Shown in pieces: positions 1-12,646 of a stretch of 64,000 bases of DNA. The first letter of the stretch is position 1, and each line of letters starts with the position of its first letter. The position numbers and the translations under genes are program-made. The DNA lies in assembly GCA_040285825.1 (NCBI GenBank), contig JAUPSS010000004.1, positions 2,584,550-2,648,549 of the forward strand, in the 5' to 3' direction. Source of the DNA: Eukaryota sp. TZLM1-RC. Lineage: Eukaryota; Protista; Metamonada: BaSk clade. Below the pieces are notes generated by a model. The model was not told where the DNA came from and did not search any database. It saw only the letters and a program-made list of their open reading frames with translations.

Positions 1-1280
1 ACCGGTTGAGGAAGAGATTCAGCTCATCACCAGTGAAGATCCTCTGTACACCGTCTCGAGGAGTCCTGAACCCTCCAACAGTCTCCCGTTGAGAATAATT
101 AGGAGAAGGGTCACAACGAACCGTGAGATTGTCTACTTCCTCCGTTGCTAAGTGAGGGCCTATTCTTCTGCGGATCCTGACGCCGTGATCATTAACTACT
201 TCTGGACCCCAAAATGGGGGTAAAGCAGCAATGAGTTCATTAGGAGGAATCCTTGCATTAACTCAATACCAGCATTAAGAACTAAGTTTTGAGCTTCAGT
301 TCTCTGCTTAGTAGAGATAAAGCGAAAGTCTGATTCCTGAGGCTGACTTGGGGCTTAATAGGTGTTAGGCTGTGCAGCGCTAAAAACCTGCCAAGCGGCA
401 GGAACAGAAGAAACAACGCGACCTTGCTAAGGAGTCTTGCCAGAGGTTGGAGGGATATGAATTACTCCTCTAGTAGGAAATTCCGAAGAAGGAACATATT
501 GAGTTGAATGGACTTCTGAAGGAGCTACCGTAGTAGCAACAGAAGTATCAGGAAGACCTGCTACATGAACTTCTTGAGAAGGAGTAGTAGGATTAGGGTT
601 ACCAGCAAAGACTGCAGGAGGAGCTGGTTGTCGCGGTGGGCTGCTTTCCATTGGCGCTTCCGTAGAAGAAGTGGAAGGGACGACAGGAGCGCAAACTATA
701 GGTGAAGAGGGAGACTCTACCATCTTGAGCTTCAGCAGCTCAGATGTCTTGTTGCTGGCCGAGTCAGGGTCAGTCTGGTTGATAATATACTTCAGATAAT
801 CATCTCAAGTACTGAACTGTTCAGGACCTAAAAGGAATCTTCAACCTCTCCTTCAGAAGCAGGGGGAGGAGAAAGAGGTACAAAGTTTTCCACATTAGAG
901 GGAGGAACAGGAAGACCGATAGGAACCACAGGAACATCCGTGGATGGAATAGAACCTTGACCCGGAGGGTGAAAGGAAGTATCACTTCTCTCGCCACCAG
1001 AGGGTAGTTCTGTTCCCAACTGAGGAGTTTGGGAGGAAAAATTTGAAGCATTGGGTTGCGTGAAAGAATCTCCGGAAAGAGGAGTCGACGCAGGAGGAGG
1101 AGAAGCATTGCTTCCCTCGGACCCAGTTGTCAAGGGTTGTTCTGTACCCGACTGAGGAGTTCGGGAGGAAGAACTCGAATGGTGAGACGTAGGAGGATCA
1201 GTCCTACCAGCCTCGGATGTGTCATTGGAACCACCCAAAGGTGATGCAATACGTATTGATGATCTGCGGGGGTTAGACAT
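1..1280 (-). pseudogene. Interrupted Ser/Pro/Thr-rich ORF, probably ORF1/gag of a retroelement running off the window edge
   Basis: ORFs 828-1280 and 427-723 are co-oriented, low-complexity and more GC-rich than their flanks, and are separated by stops or frameshifts. No catalytic domain is visible. Confidence 0.3.
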
Positions 1281-2862
1281 AGTATTCCTGAAATGTAAAG
1301 TAATTTATTACAAGGGAAAGAGGATTTGCCTTAACTTAAGCGCGTGGGCGCAATGGTACAATATACTATAAATAAACTATTATAAATATTATTCAAGGCT
1401 AACACAGGACGAGTAAGTTGAAAGTCGAATATCTGTTATGATCTTCAACATCACATTCAGCACGAAAACTTTGTTCCTTATCACAATGACGAGATATTAG
1501 AGTGAAGCTCGAATTGTTAGACTGATTGATGAAAACCATAAGTCTGTATTCTTGACAAATGTATATGACAAGGATTCATATTTTGCACACTGCACAGAAA
1601 GTGTTTGCGACAATATAAAAAAATACTGTTTGGAAGGTAGTTCCTTGGACATTTGTTATTCACGAGGCAGGTCAGCCGTAATAAGTAAAAAGAGGAGTAA
1701 ATCATATGGATGTTATCTGGAATTTAAGTGAAGATCAAGAACATCACATGTGATGGTGATAGTTTAAGTCTATAGTTGATAAATATTCCTGCATATAGGT
1801 CTATAGAGATAGAATACAATTTCTCTGCAATCAAGCCAAGTTCAAGTCATATGATGCTATCTTCATCGTCATTGGTGTTTGTTGTTAGTTATTATGATGA
1901 AGTAATTAACCAATTCCTTGATACATTGAGTACTATTTCTGTAAGAAATGATCAAACGATGAAGTTGGATGATGTATCAAGAGGCTGTTTCGATTTAAGT
2001 GTCGATCGTATTTTTCGATTTACTGATACTCTTATCTCAAGACCGTTGACCCCAAAGTTCAAATACAGTTGTGTTACAATTAGCAGTGTGCAAAATGTAA
2101 AAAATTCCTGTAGCTGTGGAATTTTGAAAACTGGATGTCTGTCTCTCTGTTCACCGCTTGATAGCAGCTTCCGCAATACAGAACTGAAATCCAAAACAGT
2201 ATAATTTATTAGATTGAGTGTAGAATTTTGTAATGTTAATTCGTGAGGCTTAGAGTTTATTGTAATTTTGCTGTTCAGTTAGTTAATCAGTTGATTTTAG
2301 GTTTTTGTCTGCTCATTTTCTCCATGAGCTTTCTTCTAACTTTTGGATTTTCTTTTTCCCTTGCTGCAATTCACCCTAGAATTGTTAGAAAGTTCACATT
2401 ACTTCAGTTCATATCAGTCGAGAACGGATTTAACTGCAGTTGACGGCTCAAGCACCGAACTGAATTGTTGTGGGATAGTTTAAATAAATTAAGTAGAACA
2501 ATTTAGAAAAATTAATAAACCATCAAAATAAAACACTCTGTGTTGATGTGGTTAAGTGAATACTGAAAGTATTCAATGATGAATGATTAGGTGGGTCTAC
2601 AAGTTTTAATTAGCTCAAATTTATATTATTTATTATGTGCTGGTTACGATTCCAATTAAAGTATTTTCATTTAAGTTATAAATTAAATATTAAAAACTGT
2701 TACATCCTGGGAAAACAGGTCCATAGTTATTGTTATGTTCAAGAAAAATGATGCTTTGAATATGTTGAAATTTAAAACTTCAAAGAAAACTAAGCAAATA
2801 GTGTTATAGTTGAACCTTGGTGAATCTTTTTCAACATGAGCGTGTAATGGTTCAACCCTAAT

Positions 2863-5346
2863 TCACACATTTAAAGATTCCAGAATTTCAAGAATGTGGT
2901 CAATATTTGGTCTATCACTAATTTCATTACTCATACAATCCTTGATCAAATTCACAAGCACTCGTGGAACATTTCCTGAAAATTTCAATCCTTTTCCTTG
3001 GTATTTTGCCCCTAAAAGGGTGTATTGATTGAATCCCCTGAATGCAACTTCATTTGTTAGTAGTTCAAATAATAAAACCCCAATAGAATAAATATCACTT
3101 TCTTTTACAGGTTCTTCATTTAAAACCTCCAAAGCTGCATACTTGGCAGTATAAGCATTAGCACTGGGTAGAGCGGAATTTGAAGCAATAACCCTGGATG
3201 TACCAAAATCAGCAAGTCTAATTTGGCCATTTACTATTAAGACATTATCAGGTTTAATATCACCATGAATGATAGACCTTGACTGAAGAAATTTCAATGT
3301 ACAACAAATGTTTTTGGCAATGGTTAAGCTATTTTTACCCAACGTAGAGGGAATTTGAAGCTTACCATCAGCTCTTTCCATAACAATTCCAATTTGATTA
3401 TTTATGTAAGTGATTCCAAATACTCTTAATACACAGGGATAATTAAGTTTAGTTAGAAATCCAATTTCTTTATGTAATTTTGCTTTTCCTTCATTAACAA
3501 TGTCTACTATTTTAACAGCAACATCGAGAGAAAACCATTTAGCTGCATAAACTATAGCAAACCCTCCGTGACCAAGTTCTTGGTTATAGTTGATAATAAG
3601 ATTTGAAGATTCAATAACAGGACACAATGGAGAAATAATTTCTGATCGAAAATAAGAATTTGAAGTTTCATTTAAACCAAAATTTAGTGATTCCAAATGA
3701 TCGATTTCTTGAGTTTTTTCTTGTAGAGTTTCATTTAAATCAGCATTTGAGATTCTTAACTGGTTATTCTCTTCAGTTATTTGTTCCAATTGATGCTCAT
3801 AAAAGACACATTTTGTTTTCAACTCTTCTAATTTATCAGAAATTATGTCCTTTTCCAAACCAACTTGGTCAATTTCAGTAATTCTGTTCTTTCTTTCCTC
3901 TTCTAAATGTTGTCTTGTAGATTTTAATTCCCTTTCAAGACTGAAGACCCTGGTCTCGAGATCGCAAACACTACTTGAATGGGCTTTGTCGACAAGTGGT
4001 TCCTGAAATCCTGACAGCATTTTCAAAGAAGCTCTGGTGGTTTGTGCATTGAAATTGTGCTCCCAAAAATGCTTTTCAATTTCATGGTCTTTCAAGTCGT
4101 GATCGTGCTCATCGTAGAATGCTATATAAGGAGCTGTATAAGGAGTTACATAATTGACTTCGTACTTGTGGCAAACTGCAGCGCCAACAACTACAGATTC
4201 ATCAGGGTTAACGGTATGACGAAGTTTGCCAGGAAATTTCCGGTCAAGCAGCTGCTGAATCCTGAGAAGACGAGAGTGGCCTCCAACAAGTTGCACAATA
4301 TCAATATCTTCTGGTTGAATGTCTTTTGAATCCATCAGGTGGTCCACGACAGAGATGCATTTGGCGAAAATATCATGACAAAGAGCATCAAGAGTGTCCC
4401 TTGCCAGAGGAATAAGTAAATCATATCCGTCAGCGAAATTCTCAACTTCTACAAATGATTTCTTCTTGGTAACAAGTGCTTTTTTGGCTTTCTCGGCAGC
4501 CTCACGAAGGGCTTGCTTCTTCTTGGGTGATGGTTTAAGATCACTACGAATGTCTACTAGCCAGTTTCTCAGACAGTGTTCAACAATTTTTTGATCAATA
4601 GTACATCCACCAAGATTGTAATTTCCATGGGTTCCTATAACATTGACACTATTGCCATTAATATCGACAATAGAAACATCCAAAGTTACATCTCCAAAGT
4701 CAAAAACTAATACCTTTCCCATGGTTGCAGGATCATCGTGCTTGAGTGATAACACAGCAGCGGTAGGTTCATTAATCAAGTTAACTTCTATAAATCCAGC
4801 ATTGATAGTCGCATTCTTGGTAGCCCAGCGCTGGTTGTAATCAAAGTAAGCGGGAACAGTTACCACAGCTTTGGTTATTTCTTGCACACCAAGCACTTTG
4901 GTCGCATTGTCCCTTATGTTTCGCAGTATTGCCGTTGCAATCTCTTCAGGGGAAATCGTTTTGGTTATTCCATTGTGTTGAACCTTGAACGCCGCTTTCG
5001 TAAAAGATCTATTATCTCTGACAATGTCGAAGGGATAAGATTGGTCTTTAACTGCTTTCTGAACAACCTTATCAGTGTAATCCCTTCCAATAAAACGTTT
5101 TGCTTCAAAAATTGTGTTTTTGATGTTTCTTTTTCTGTTGTTCTTAGCGGATAGACCAACCTCGATCATATCGTTGTCAGGATCGTAGGAAACGATGGAA
5201 GGCACAAGTTTCTCCCCAGAATTGAAGTCAGTCAGAATCCCTGTGAGATGGGGGGTAAGTTTCCCATTAGAGGAGCGTTTTTGCCTAAACACAGAAGCAC
5301 AAGAGTTGGTAGTTCCAAGATCTATTCCAAGTACAAATGAAGACAT
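2863..5346 (-). CDS. Hsp70 nucleotide-binding domain - coiled coil - protein kinase (TKL-like) fusion, 827 aa
   Basis: Hsp70 motifs GIDLGTTNSC, TIFEAKRFIG, SPEEI, VTVPAYF, INEPTAA, DFGDVTLDVS, LGG, NPDESV (aa 1-~395); no substrate-binding domain. Heptad-rich region at aa ~460-560. Kinase motifs GHGGFAIV, VAVK, HGDIKPDN, DFG, YAALE, SDIYSIG. One uninterrupted ORF. Confidence 0.88.
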   Translation of the reverse strand: MSSFVLGIDLGTTNSCASVFRQKRSSNGKLTPHLTGILTDFNSGEKLVPSIVSYDPDNDMIEVGLSAKNNRKRNIKNTIFEAKRFIGRDYTDKVVQKAVKDQSYPFDIVRDNRSFTKAAFKVQHNGITKTISPEEIATAILRNIRDNATKVLGVQEITKAVVTVPAYFDYNQRWATKNATINAGFIEVNLINEPTAAVLSLKHDDPATMGKVLVFDFGDVTLDVSIVDINGNSVNVIGTHGNYNLGGCTIDQKIVEHCLRNWLVDIRSDLKPSPKKKQALREAAEKAKKALVTKKKSFVEVENFADGYDLLIPLARDTLDALCHDIFAKCISVVDHLMDSKDIQPEDIDIVQLVGGHSRLLRIQQLLDRKFPGKLRHTVNPDESVVVGAAVCHKYEVNYVTPYTAPYIAFYDEHDHDLKDHEIEKHFWEHNFNAQTTRASLKMLSGFQEPLVDKAHSSSVCDLETRVFSLERELKSTRQHLEEERKNRITEIDQVGLEKDIISDKLEELKTKCVFYEHQLEQITEENNQLRISNADLNETLQEKTQEIDHLESLNFGLNETSNSYFRSEIISPLCPVIESSNLIINYNQELGHGGFAIVYAAKWFSLDVAVKIVDIVNEGKAKLHKEIGFLTKLNYPCVLRVFGITYINNQIGIVMERADGKLQIPSTLGKNSLTIAKNICCTLKFLQSRSIIHGDIKPDNVLIVNGQIRLADFGTSRVIASNSALPSANAYTAKYAALEVLNEEPVKESDIYSIGVLLFELLTNEVAFRGFNQYTLLGAKYQGKGLKFSGNVPRVLVNLIKDCMSNEISDRPNIDHILEILESLNV

Positions 5347-5460
5347 TGGATGGGTTCAAATTTTTGCTTGCTACTCACAAATTGTTAGTTACAACAATTA
5401 ATACATCGCTTTAGATTTTTCATACAAGTTTTGTATGTAAAACGTCTAAAAATCATGAGT

Positions 5461-5600
5461 TCATTGTTTTTTCTTGAACCATTTTTTTGGAAATAACTCA
5501 AAAATGTTCCTGCTTCTACTGATAGTCTTCCGTTTATAAAAATTAGAAAGCAATAAAAACAAGTAATCTATTTCTATCAGCATTAGCTGCTTCGATATCT
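5461..5600 (-). mobile_element. Fragment of CRE-like non-LTR retrotransposon, family 1 (endonuclease end)
   Basis: Reverse complement aligns with ~20335-20475 (DIEEANVDRN...NGRLSDEA...KMVQEKTM). Confidence 0.75.
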
Positions 5601-5927
5601 ATCTATTATAATAATTCAAGACTGTGGTATTTTGTACTTTTTAATCTATGTTCACGATCTAAATATTGTGCTATTGATGAGTTCAAATAGTATAAAACAT
5701 TTCACTATTAGGACCAACTTAGTTATTGTAAATTTCTGACAAATGTTCAACAATGAGTCCCAAATTTTTTGACAACTGCAATTAAACTAGTTCAATCGGG
5801 ACCAGAAAACATTATTTTGTCTTGCCGAAGAAGCAAGACATTCGCTTGCTGAGTCGATTATTGAATTTAAAATGGAAAATAGTTGGGAAAATAAATAGGG
5901 AAACAAAGATTTCCTTATCGCCACTTT

Positions 5928-6079
5928 TGTTAGCTATGGCTAAACGTGACCTTCCATTTTAGGAAGGTGGATCACGTCATCGTAGATTTAAATTGTAGCT
6001 TGTACTTATTTACTTTGATTTTCTTATATTCAGTTCATAAACTTCTGTTTTGTTTATGTTTAGTGCACGAAAAGCAACT
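5928..6079 (+). repeat. 5' LTR of Ty3 element A (~152 bp)
   Basis: Starts with TG after the TSD; its 3' ~64 bp recur at 10372-10437, a partial 3' LTR ending AACA. Confidence 0.75.
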
Positions 6080-9000
6080 GTAATTACTGGAGCCCGCAAG
6101 GAATCCATACCGCCTCATGTCCCTGCTCAGAATCCCGCGGACCTGGTAGCTCCATATTTAAGCCATACCGGTAAAAATTCCGTCTCCCGCTATGTAGAAG
6201 CTTCAAAGGTTTACGCGCAACGTATGTCTTGCCATGTCATGTCAGATGTGACAAGATACCCTCCTGCCACTCACTCCCAGTCCTCCTCAGCCAGAGAAGC
6301 CTCCCGTCCTCCCTCCGCCTCCGACGTTAATCCCTCCATCTCCGCCATGTCCAAGGAGATTGAAGATTTGAGAAGTCGACTCTCTCAAGTTTCATCCCTG
6401 TCCCAAGCCTTTGCTGAAGTCTCCGACTCTGATACTGAGCCTATTCAAGCCCTTGAATGCTCTACTGCCGTTTCCTCTCGTCCTCACGATGATCCCGCTG
6501 AAGATCCAGACTCTCTCTTCCGACCCTGCTGACCAGCCCGGACTGACCTCATTTGAGCACAGCCTCAGATCTGAAGAAGACCGCCTCTTCGACGCGATGT
6601 TGCCTTACATTCCGTACACCATCGCCCCAATTGTTTTAGAAACTTTCGAGATTTGCCACGGCATAGATCCCAGAATCCCCTCAGCCATCCTGACTCATTT
6701 AATGCCAATGTACCAGCTTAAAGACCCAGCTAGTGTTTATCACCGCTTTTAGTCCCTCCGTCTCTCTCTGCCCCCACGGTTGATGAAGCCGTCACGTCTT
6801 ATATCATTCAGTTTCTCAAACTAGTCCGACTCTGTCCCTCTCCTCTCCCTGAATTCGCGAAAATGAAGTTCTTCTCTAACGGAATCCGCCCTGACAAACT
6901 CAAGATGGTAATCAAAACTGACATGGAAGTTGGTGCCATCCACAGCTTCGCCTTTCTCGTCTCTCGTCTACGTGAACTTCTCCCAGCTTATCATCTCCCC
7001 TTCTCTGCTTACTACGCTAATAGAGACACTGCTCCTCCTCCTCCTAGAGACTCTTGCCCTCCTCGTCAAGCTGCCTCCTCTCAAAGATCCTCTCACCAGC
7101 AACCCCGTAACTCTCCTTCTCGCCCAACTCCTCTCCCGGCCAATCCTCCTGTTTCCTCTCGCTCCCAACGCTCTGACTATTCGACTCCTCCTCATGATTC
7201 TACCTTGACCTGCTTTTATTGCAAACAACCAGGTCACATGATCAAGGATTGCCCCAACTCTGGTTGCAAAGCCAGCCAGAAGCCCCGTCGTCCTCTTGGT
7301 AAGAGACCTATCCATCAGAAGAAGCACTTCACTAGAAGAAGTGTTAACCAGATAACTCATGCTGCTCACGTCCCCAACGCCGACTCTGTTTACTCGATTA
7401 TTGATTCGATCCAAGAAGCGATTAAGGAAGAACATCAAGTAAATGCTACTTATCTTCATGGTCTAAGCTCCTCCTCCCCTTCTTCCTCCGATAGCGAACC
7501 GTACAGAGCCTCTCTGCGTTCCTGCCTCCCTCTGATTCTGGAATCGAATCTTCCTCTGTCCCTCTGTCTGACACTTCTGAAGTAGTTTCTAAGGTCGATT
7601 CTATCAACCACATAGTACCGGCAGGTAACGCTCCTTCCCACCAAAATGGTTTTTTGCTGTTGGATGCTAGTCCCGACCTCAGCACTGAACCAGGGATGAT
7701 TGACGCAGACTGTGCTCATCACGACGGTGGAGTAACTCGTGGACCATTAGAATCGTACCTCCAGAACTTTTCTAAAGCCAAAGACCCAGAGCCCACTGGA
7801 ACTGCTCCTGCCCTGAACTCAGAACCCTACGTATCTTTTTCAGCCCAAGAACTTAACCAACCCATTGACAAGAAGCTATTGCACTTGAAGATCCATGTAG
7901 ACCAATACTCCGTACTGAATGGAATGGTCGAAACAGGAGCCACAGTTTCATGCATTTCGCGTGATTTACTATCAAAAGCCAAGCTCAGCTTAACTAACAA
8001 GACCCTAAAAGTTGGTTTAGCTGACAGAACCAAGCTCTCCTGCCCTCTTGACTCTGGAAGACTTGCATTCGCCCTAGGTGGTGCTGCTTAGCTCACCTAC
8101 GTGAACGTAACCCTTGCTGTATTGCCCTGCGCAAACTTCTGCATCATTGGATGCGACTTGCTAAGAAAGCTAGGCACTTGTTTCTGATCCTCTCTGCTCG
8201 TAACTTACAGATACTCGAGGATGAAGCCATCCCTGACCAGTTCATCCCGCCATCCGACCAAATGGCCGCTATATCCTCTCTCCCTGACTTGGACAAAGCC
8301 TCTTTTAAGCTAAAGGACCCTGGTTTAGAAAGCCCCGTTAGATCCCTCCTGTTCAAGTATCCTGAGATCTTCTCGAAGCTCCCCGACCCCGAAGGAATTG
8401 ATTGCCCTCCCATGCGAATACCGTTCCATGATGAGTCCAAAATAGTGAGCAAGAAGTTTCGCTATCTCCCTCCTGATAAGCTAAAGGTAGCTAACGAGGA
8501 ATTTGACACTCTGATCAATAACGGTTTCGCTGTGCCTTACGATGGTCCCTGGAGCTACCCCATTTGTCTAGTCCAACGTCCCGACAAGTCCCCTAGATTG
8601 ACTGGAGACTACTCAGGTGCCGATGGTGTCAATGATCTCTCAGTCTCTGTTCCTGCCGATCTTCCCAGAATCACCGACGTGTGCCAGTTTCTATCTGACT
8701 CTCATTACATTGCAACTCTTGACCTCCCAAAAGCCTTTTGGCAGCTGTACTTGCATCCTGACGATCAGGAAAAATCTGCCATAGCTATTCCCGGCCGCAA
8801 AATCAAGTACACTCGTGCTGCCTTTGGTCTCAAAAATGTCCCAGCTATTTTTCAGAACCTGACGAAGAAAGTCTTCAAATCTGATGGTGTCTTCATCTAC
8901 ATGGATGACATTATTGTAGCGGCCTCTGATAAGAAGTCCTTTTTGGCCAAACTAGAATTTAACTTTAAGCAAGCCGCCCAGTACAGAATCCGCATTGGCC

Positions 9001-10437
9001 TCCACAAGTGCTCTTTTCAAACCAAGGAACACCCAATCAAGGTCCTTGGATCTATCTTTGAAAATAGCCAGCGCAGAATAGACTCCTCCAAGATTGAATC
9101 CATTACCAAGCTCGCCCCTCCTACCTCTGTCCCTGAACTCCGATCATTTATCGCTTACTATTATTATTTATAGCTTACCTCTCGCCCTTTCCGACACTGA
9201 TAGCAACATCCTAATCTCTACCGACGCTTCTGAGAATGCCGTCGCTGGAATCATTTGGAAAGAACTAGAACCCTCTCCTCCCGGAACCTGTCTATCCGAA
9301 AGAAAAGTCATGCCCATCTCTTTCTATTCCAGAATCTTGTCCGCCTCCCAACAACGCTGGTCTACCCTCCAGAAAGAACTATTTGCCATAGTCATGACTC
9401 TCAACCAGCCCAACTTGTCGTCATTCCTGCTTTCTCGACACCTCACGATCTTTTGCGACCACAAGAATCTATCGTATTTATTCAGTTGCCCTGACTCTAA
9501 TCGCGTAGTGCTTCGATGGATGCCAGTTCTACAATCTTTTTCATTTAACTGTGTTCATATCGAAGGTCCAAAGAATTTTTGGGCAGACTACTTATCCCGC
9601 GCCTCTCTACTCCCCGAAAAGAAGAAAGAGAAGAAGACCAGAGATATCTGTGATAACCCTGCCCCTGAACTGTGTTACACGATGACTCACCCAGAACAGG
9701 CCAGGTCCCCTTTGTGGAACTATTTGAACCTCAATGATCTGAGACACTTTGGTACAGATCACTGGTATGATATTGACTACGATACTGCTGAACGAACCTT
9801 CCACCCCTCCGCCCTCCGCTCAAAGCACAGAACCGTAGTCTATCTGAATTTCTTAAAGCATCTCATTCATTTCAATGTGAATCCTGAACCGTACGACCAT
9901 CTTGCTTTCTCCTCTGCCCTATGCTTTACCATGTCCACTGACTTGCCCTTCCTCTACCAGAACACATCAGCTCCGAAGAACTACGACTTCAGCTATCCTT
10001 TGAATATGCCTTCCCGGAGACTTACTGTCAACGATCTCATTCAGCAGGCCAACTGGAACGCCCGAATCTATTTCCATCATCCTAGAATGCCTTTCCTAGA
10101 CCACCTCCCTGAAATAGTGCCTCAGAACGCCCACCCGGTCATCCTCAACCACATTCCTCCTTTCACTACCATAGGCGATTTGCTCTCCGTAGTTGATATT
10201 CTTCATCTCATCCCTCTTCCTACCTTCATGGTACCTTTTGATTGAAGCCACAACCGATTCATTTCAAATCGCTTCCATAATACTATAGTTTCTCCCGATG
10301 CCAAAGAAGATGCATACGATCATGAACGAAACTATTGGTACCGAGCTGAACGAGCTAGCGAACTATACAAATTTGATTTTCTTATATTCAGTTCATAAAC
10401 TTCTGTTTTGTTTATGTTTAGTGCACGAAAAGCAACA
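5928..10437 (+). mobile_element. Ty3/Gypsy LTR retrotransposon A, degenerate, integrase deleted
   Basis: TGTT...AACA termini and a 4-bp TSD CTTT (5924-5927, 10438-10441). ~64-bp direct repeat at 6014-6078 and 10372-10436. Gag CCHC knuckle CFYCKQPGHMIKDC, protease-like GMVETGATVSCI, RT LDLPKAFWQ...FGLKN...YMDD, RNase H TDAS...KELFAIV...CDHKNL...ADYLSR. Multiple stops and frameshifts. Confidence 0.9.
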
Positions 10438-11089
10438 CTTTCTCATCAAACAACATTTATTTCATCATGGAGTGTTAAAATTGGTGATCAGTATCACAAT
10501 CTTGTTGAATACGATTCTACTATTGTGGAGAAATAGTTTCATGTGTTGGTTGATGGCTCATTTTGTGTTTCTCTATAAATAAATTTTCTTTTGAAATAAT
10601 CTACTCATAATGTTGGCAAACAATTTCATTTTTGATTGACCCAGAGGGTCAATAACTAGGCTTAAATTAATTGAAACAACAAATTTATCTATCATGTGAA
10701 GTGAAATTATGTTTGCAATTTTGCAATTAAGAAAATAGATGACATTGATGATGACTCTCAAGTTGAGATCCGATGCAATGTTCTTTCAGTAATTTGTATG
10801 GTGACGAAACGACATTATCACTGAATTGGATATTAACTTTGTTTATTGACTCGTAGAGAGTTGTATCGTGGTTCACTTCCTCCCTAAACTGCTAATATTT
10901 CGGATCGCCTTCTTGTGTAATTCAGACTCTTTTTCATTCAGGAGATTGAGGAGGAGACTGGAACACTGATTCATCAATGTCAAGAACGTCAATTTGTTCA
11001 GATAAATCAAAAGAAACCACATCTACAGGATCATTAAAGTCATCATTAAAGACACTTTGCTATTGCTGTGCTTGAAATTGTGCTTTAAA

Positions 11090-12124
11090 CCAACCAATGT
11101 TCAAACAAAAGATTTATAAATTCAACAACAATATCAACTCAGATGGATTTAATATTGCAGTAGAATCTTTTAGTCGGGATTTACGAGGTCAGAAATGTAA
11201 GCCAGGAACCAAGGCTAGTATTTCTGATATTGATGACGTTGATGTGGATACTTTTTAGGGCACACGAATTGTTGGTTGAAACCCTGGAAAACGTGAGTTA
11301 TGGTATTTTGGAAAAAAAACAGATAAAGAATTAGCCATGGTGCCAGAACATGAAACTGAACAACAAAGTAATAGTTGGGTGATGAGTCAAGACAAGAAGT
11401 ACAAATGGATGAGAATGACTCAGATGTCCTGGTCTTTGAAAAGTAGGATTAATGAAAAACAAAAACGAAGGGCGACAAAGTATACTGAGGTAGATTACGA
11501 CAGGAACCAAATGATAGAGTCTACTGAAATGACAATTGAAGATGCAAACACCGAATTATCCGCGTTTGCTGCCAATTCCACAATTTTATAGATTTTTCTA
11601 ACTTTGTGATTGCCAAACTTCGGCAAGTTTTTTTGACAATTGACTTTTACTGTCTTGACTTGTGGAGCATTCGTAAAATGCAAGCTTTTATTCACAAGCA
11701 AAAGACTGAAAGTTGGTTGTTAAAAACCCTTGTGCAGCAGTTTGGCAATCCAAAAGACACTTAAATACTAATGGGTGATTATGGTAAAAAAGGTTTCAAG
11801 AATTTAAAACATCAGAGACCTACTAGAGGCATTGGATGGATTCAATTTCTGAAAAGAAATGGCTTTGAAGTGTTGATGATTAATGAAGCTTTCACTTCAG
11901 CAAAATGTTCTGTTTGTTTTGAAAAGGTTGCTACGTTTTTGAGAGTAACAAATCCCAGATTCTATAGAAGAGAAAAGACTCCTGTTACTGCATGTCAGTA
12001 ACTCAGTAACAAAGGCTCAACAAAGCTGTTCAATGGAAATAAGCTGGCTTGTCTGAATATGGTTGCAATTACTGAAGCCAGGATGAGTGGTATTGAAAGG
12101 TCTCAGTATCTGTGTCGTAGATAG
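11090..12124 (+). pseudogene. Fanzor1 (eukaryotic TnpB-like RNA-guided nuclease) remnant, copy 1
   Basis: Read across lesions: FNNNINSDG (pre-RuvC motif), RuvC-I IVG*NPGKRELWYF (11268-11309, D->N), GDYGKKGFKNLKHQRPTRGIGW, RuvC-II INEAFTSAKCSVC, RuvC-III region FNGNKLACLNM...ERSQYLCRR*. The 5' boundary is not determined. Confidence 0.85.
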
Positions 12125-12200
12125 TATTTGTAATTATTCCACACGAAAATAGATCGTGTACTTATGGGAATTTCCCATGTACCAAGATTTCTTCTACCAA
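12100..12200 (+). ncRNA. Candidate Fanzor omegaRNA scaffold / element right end, copy 1
   Basis: Two hairpins directly after the ORF stop: ACACGA-aaataga-TCGTGT and ATGGGAA-T-TTCCCAT. Position matches known Fanzor omegaRNAs; expression not shown. Confidence 0.45.
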
Positions 12201-12646
12201 TTCCGATCTCTTCTTTTGTCTTATTATTGATTCTTTGATTCGCTGAAAGAACGGACGTAGTCTATTGATTATGGCGTTGTGAATGCGGAACTACACCAAA
12301 AAGACATCAAATTTCTTCGTTGGTTTTTCATGAACGAATTTTTTAAATATTCCAACAGATCCCTTTTGTCAAAATAAACTGGAAAAACAGCCACAAAACT
12401 TTTTGAGCAATAAAAGACATCATTCCATTATCATTAGTTCTTCAATTTGAAAGAAAATGATGATTCTATTTTCTGATCCAATCACATTTTATTAAACCTT
12501 TGTTGGTTTAAGGCTTTGACATTTGAAAAACCAGGATCTGGGAATAAAATTGTCAATTAACTTAAATGAATAACTAAACCAATAGTGAAAATGAAAAGAG
12601 AACAATAACTTTATATTTACACAGGATAAATTACATCTAATTACAT

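Noticed and set aside
1281-1420. Possible LTR and palindromic junction for the element at 1-1280
   Set aside because: No CA-palindrome-TG or clear TG...CA boundary was found; the element class remains unresolved.
3660-5401. Short plus-strand ORFs overlapping the Hsp70-kinase gene, and similar shadow ORFs over other genes and TEs
   Set aside because: Antisense or alternate-frame shadows with no motifs.
6088-6105. TGGAGCCCGCAAGGAATC as a tRNA primer-binding site
   Set aside because: It lies 8 nt from the LTR, its complement is about 2 nt short of a canonical tRNA 3' arm, and element B has no equivalent. Not called, but not excluded without the tRNA set.
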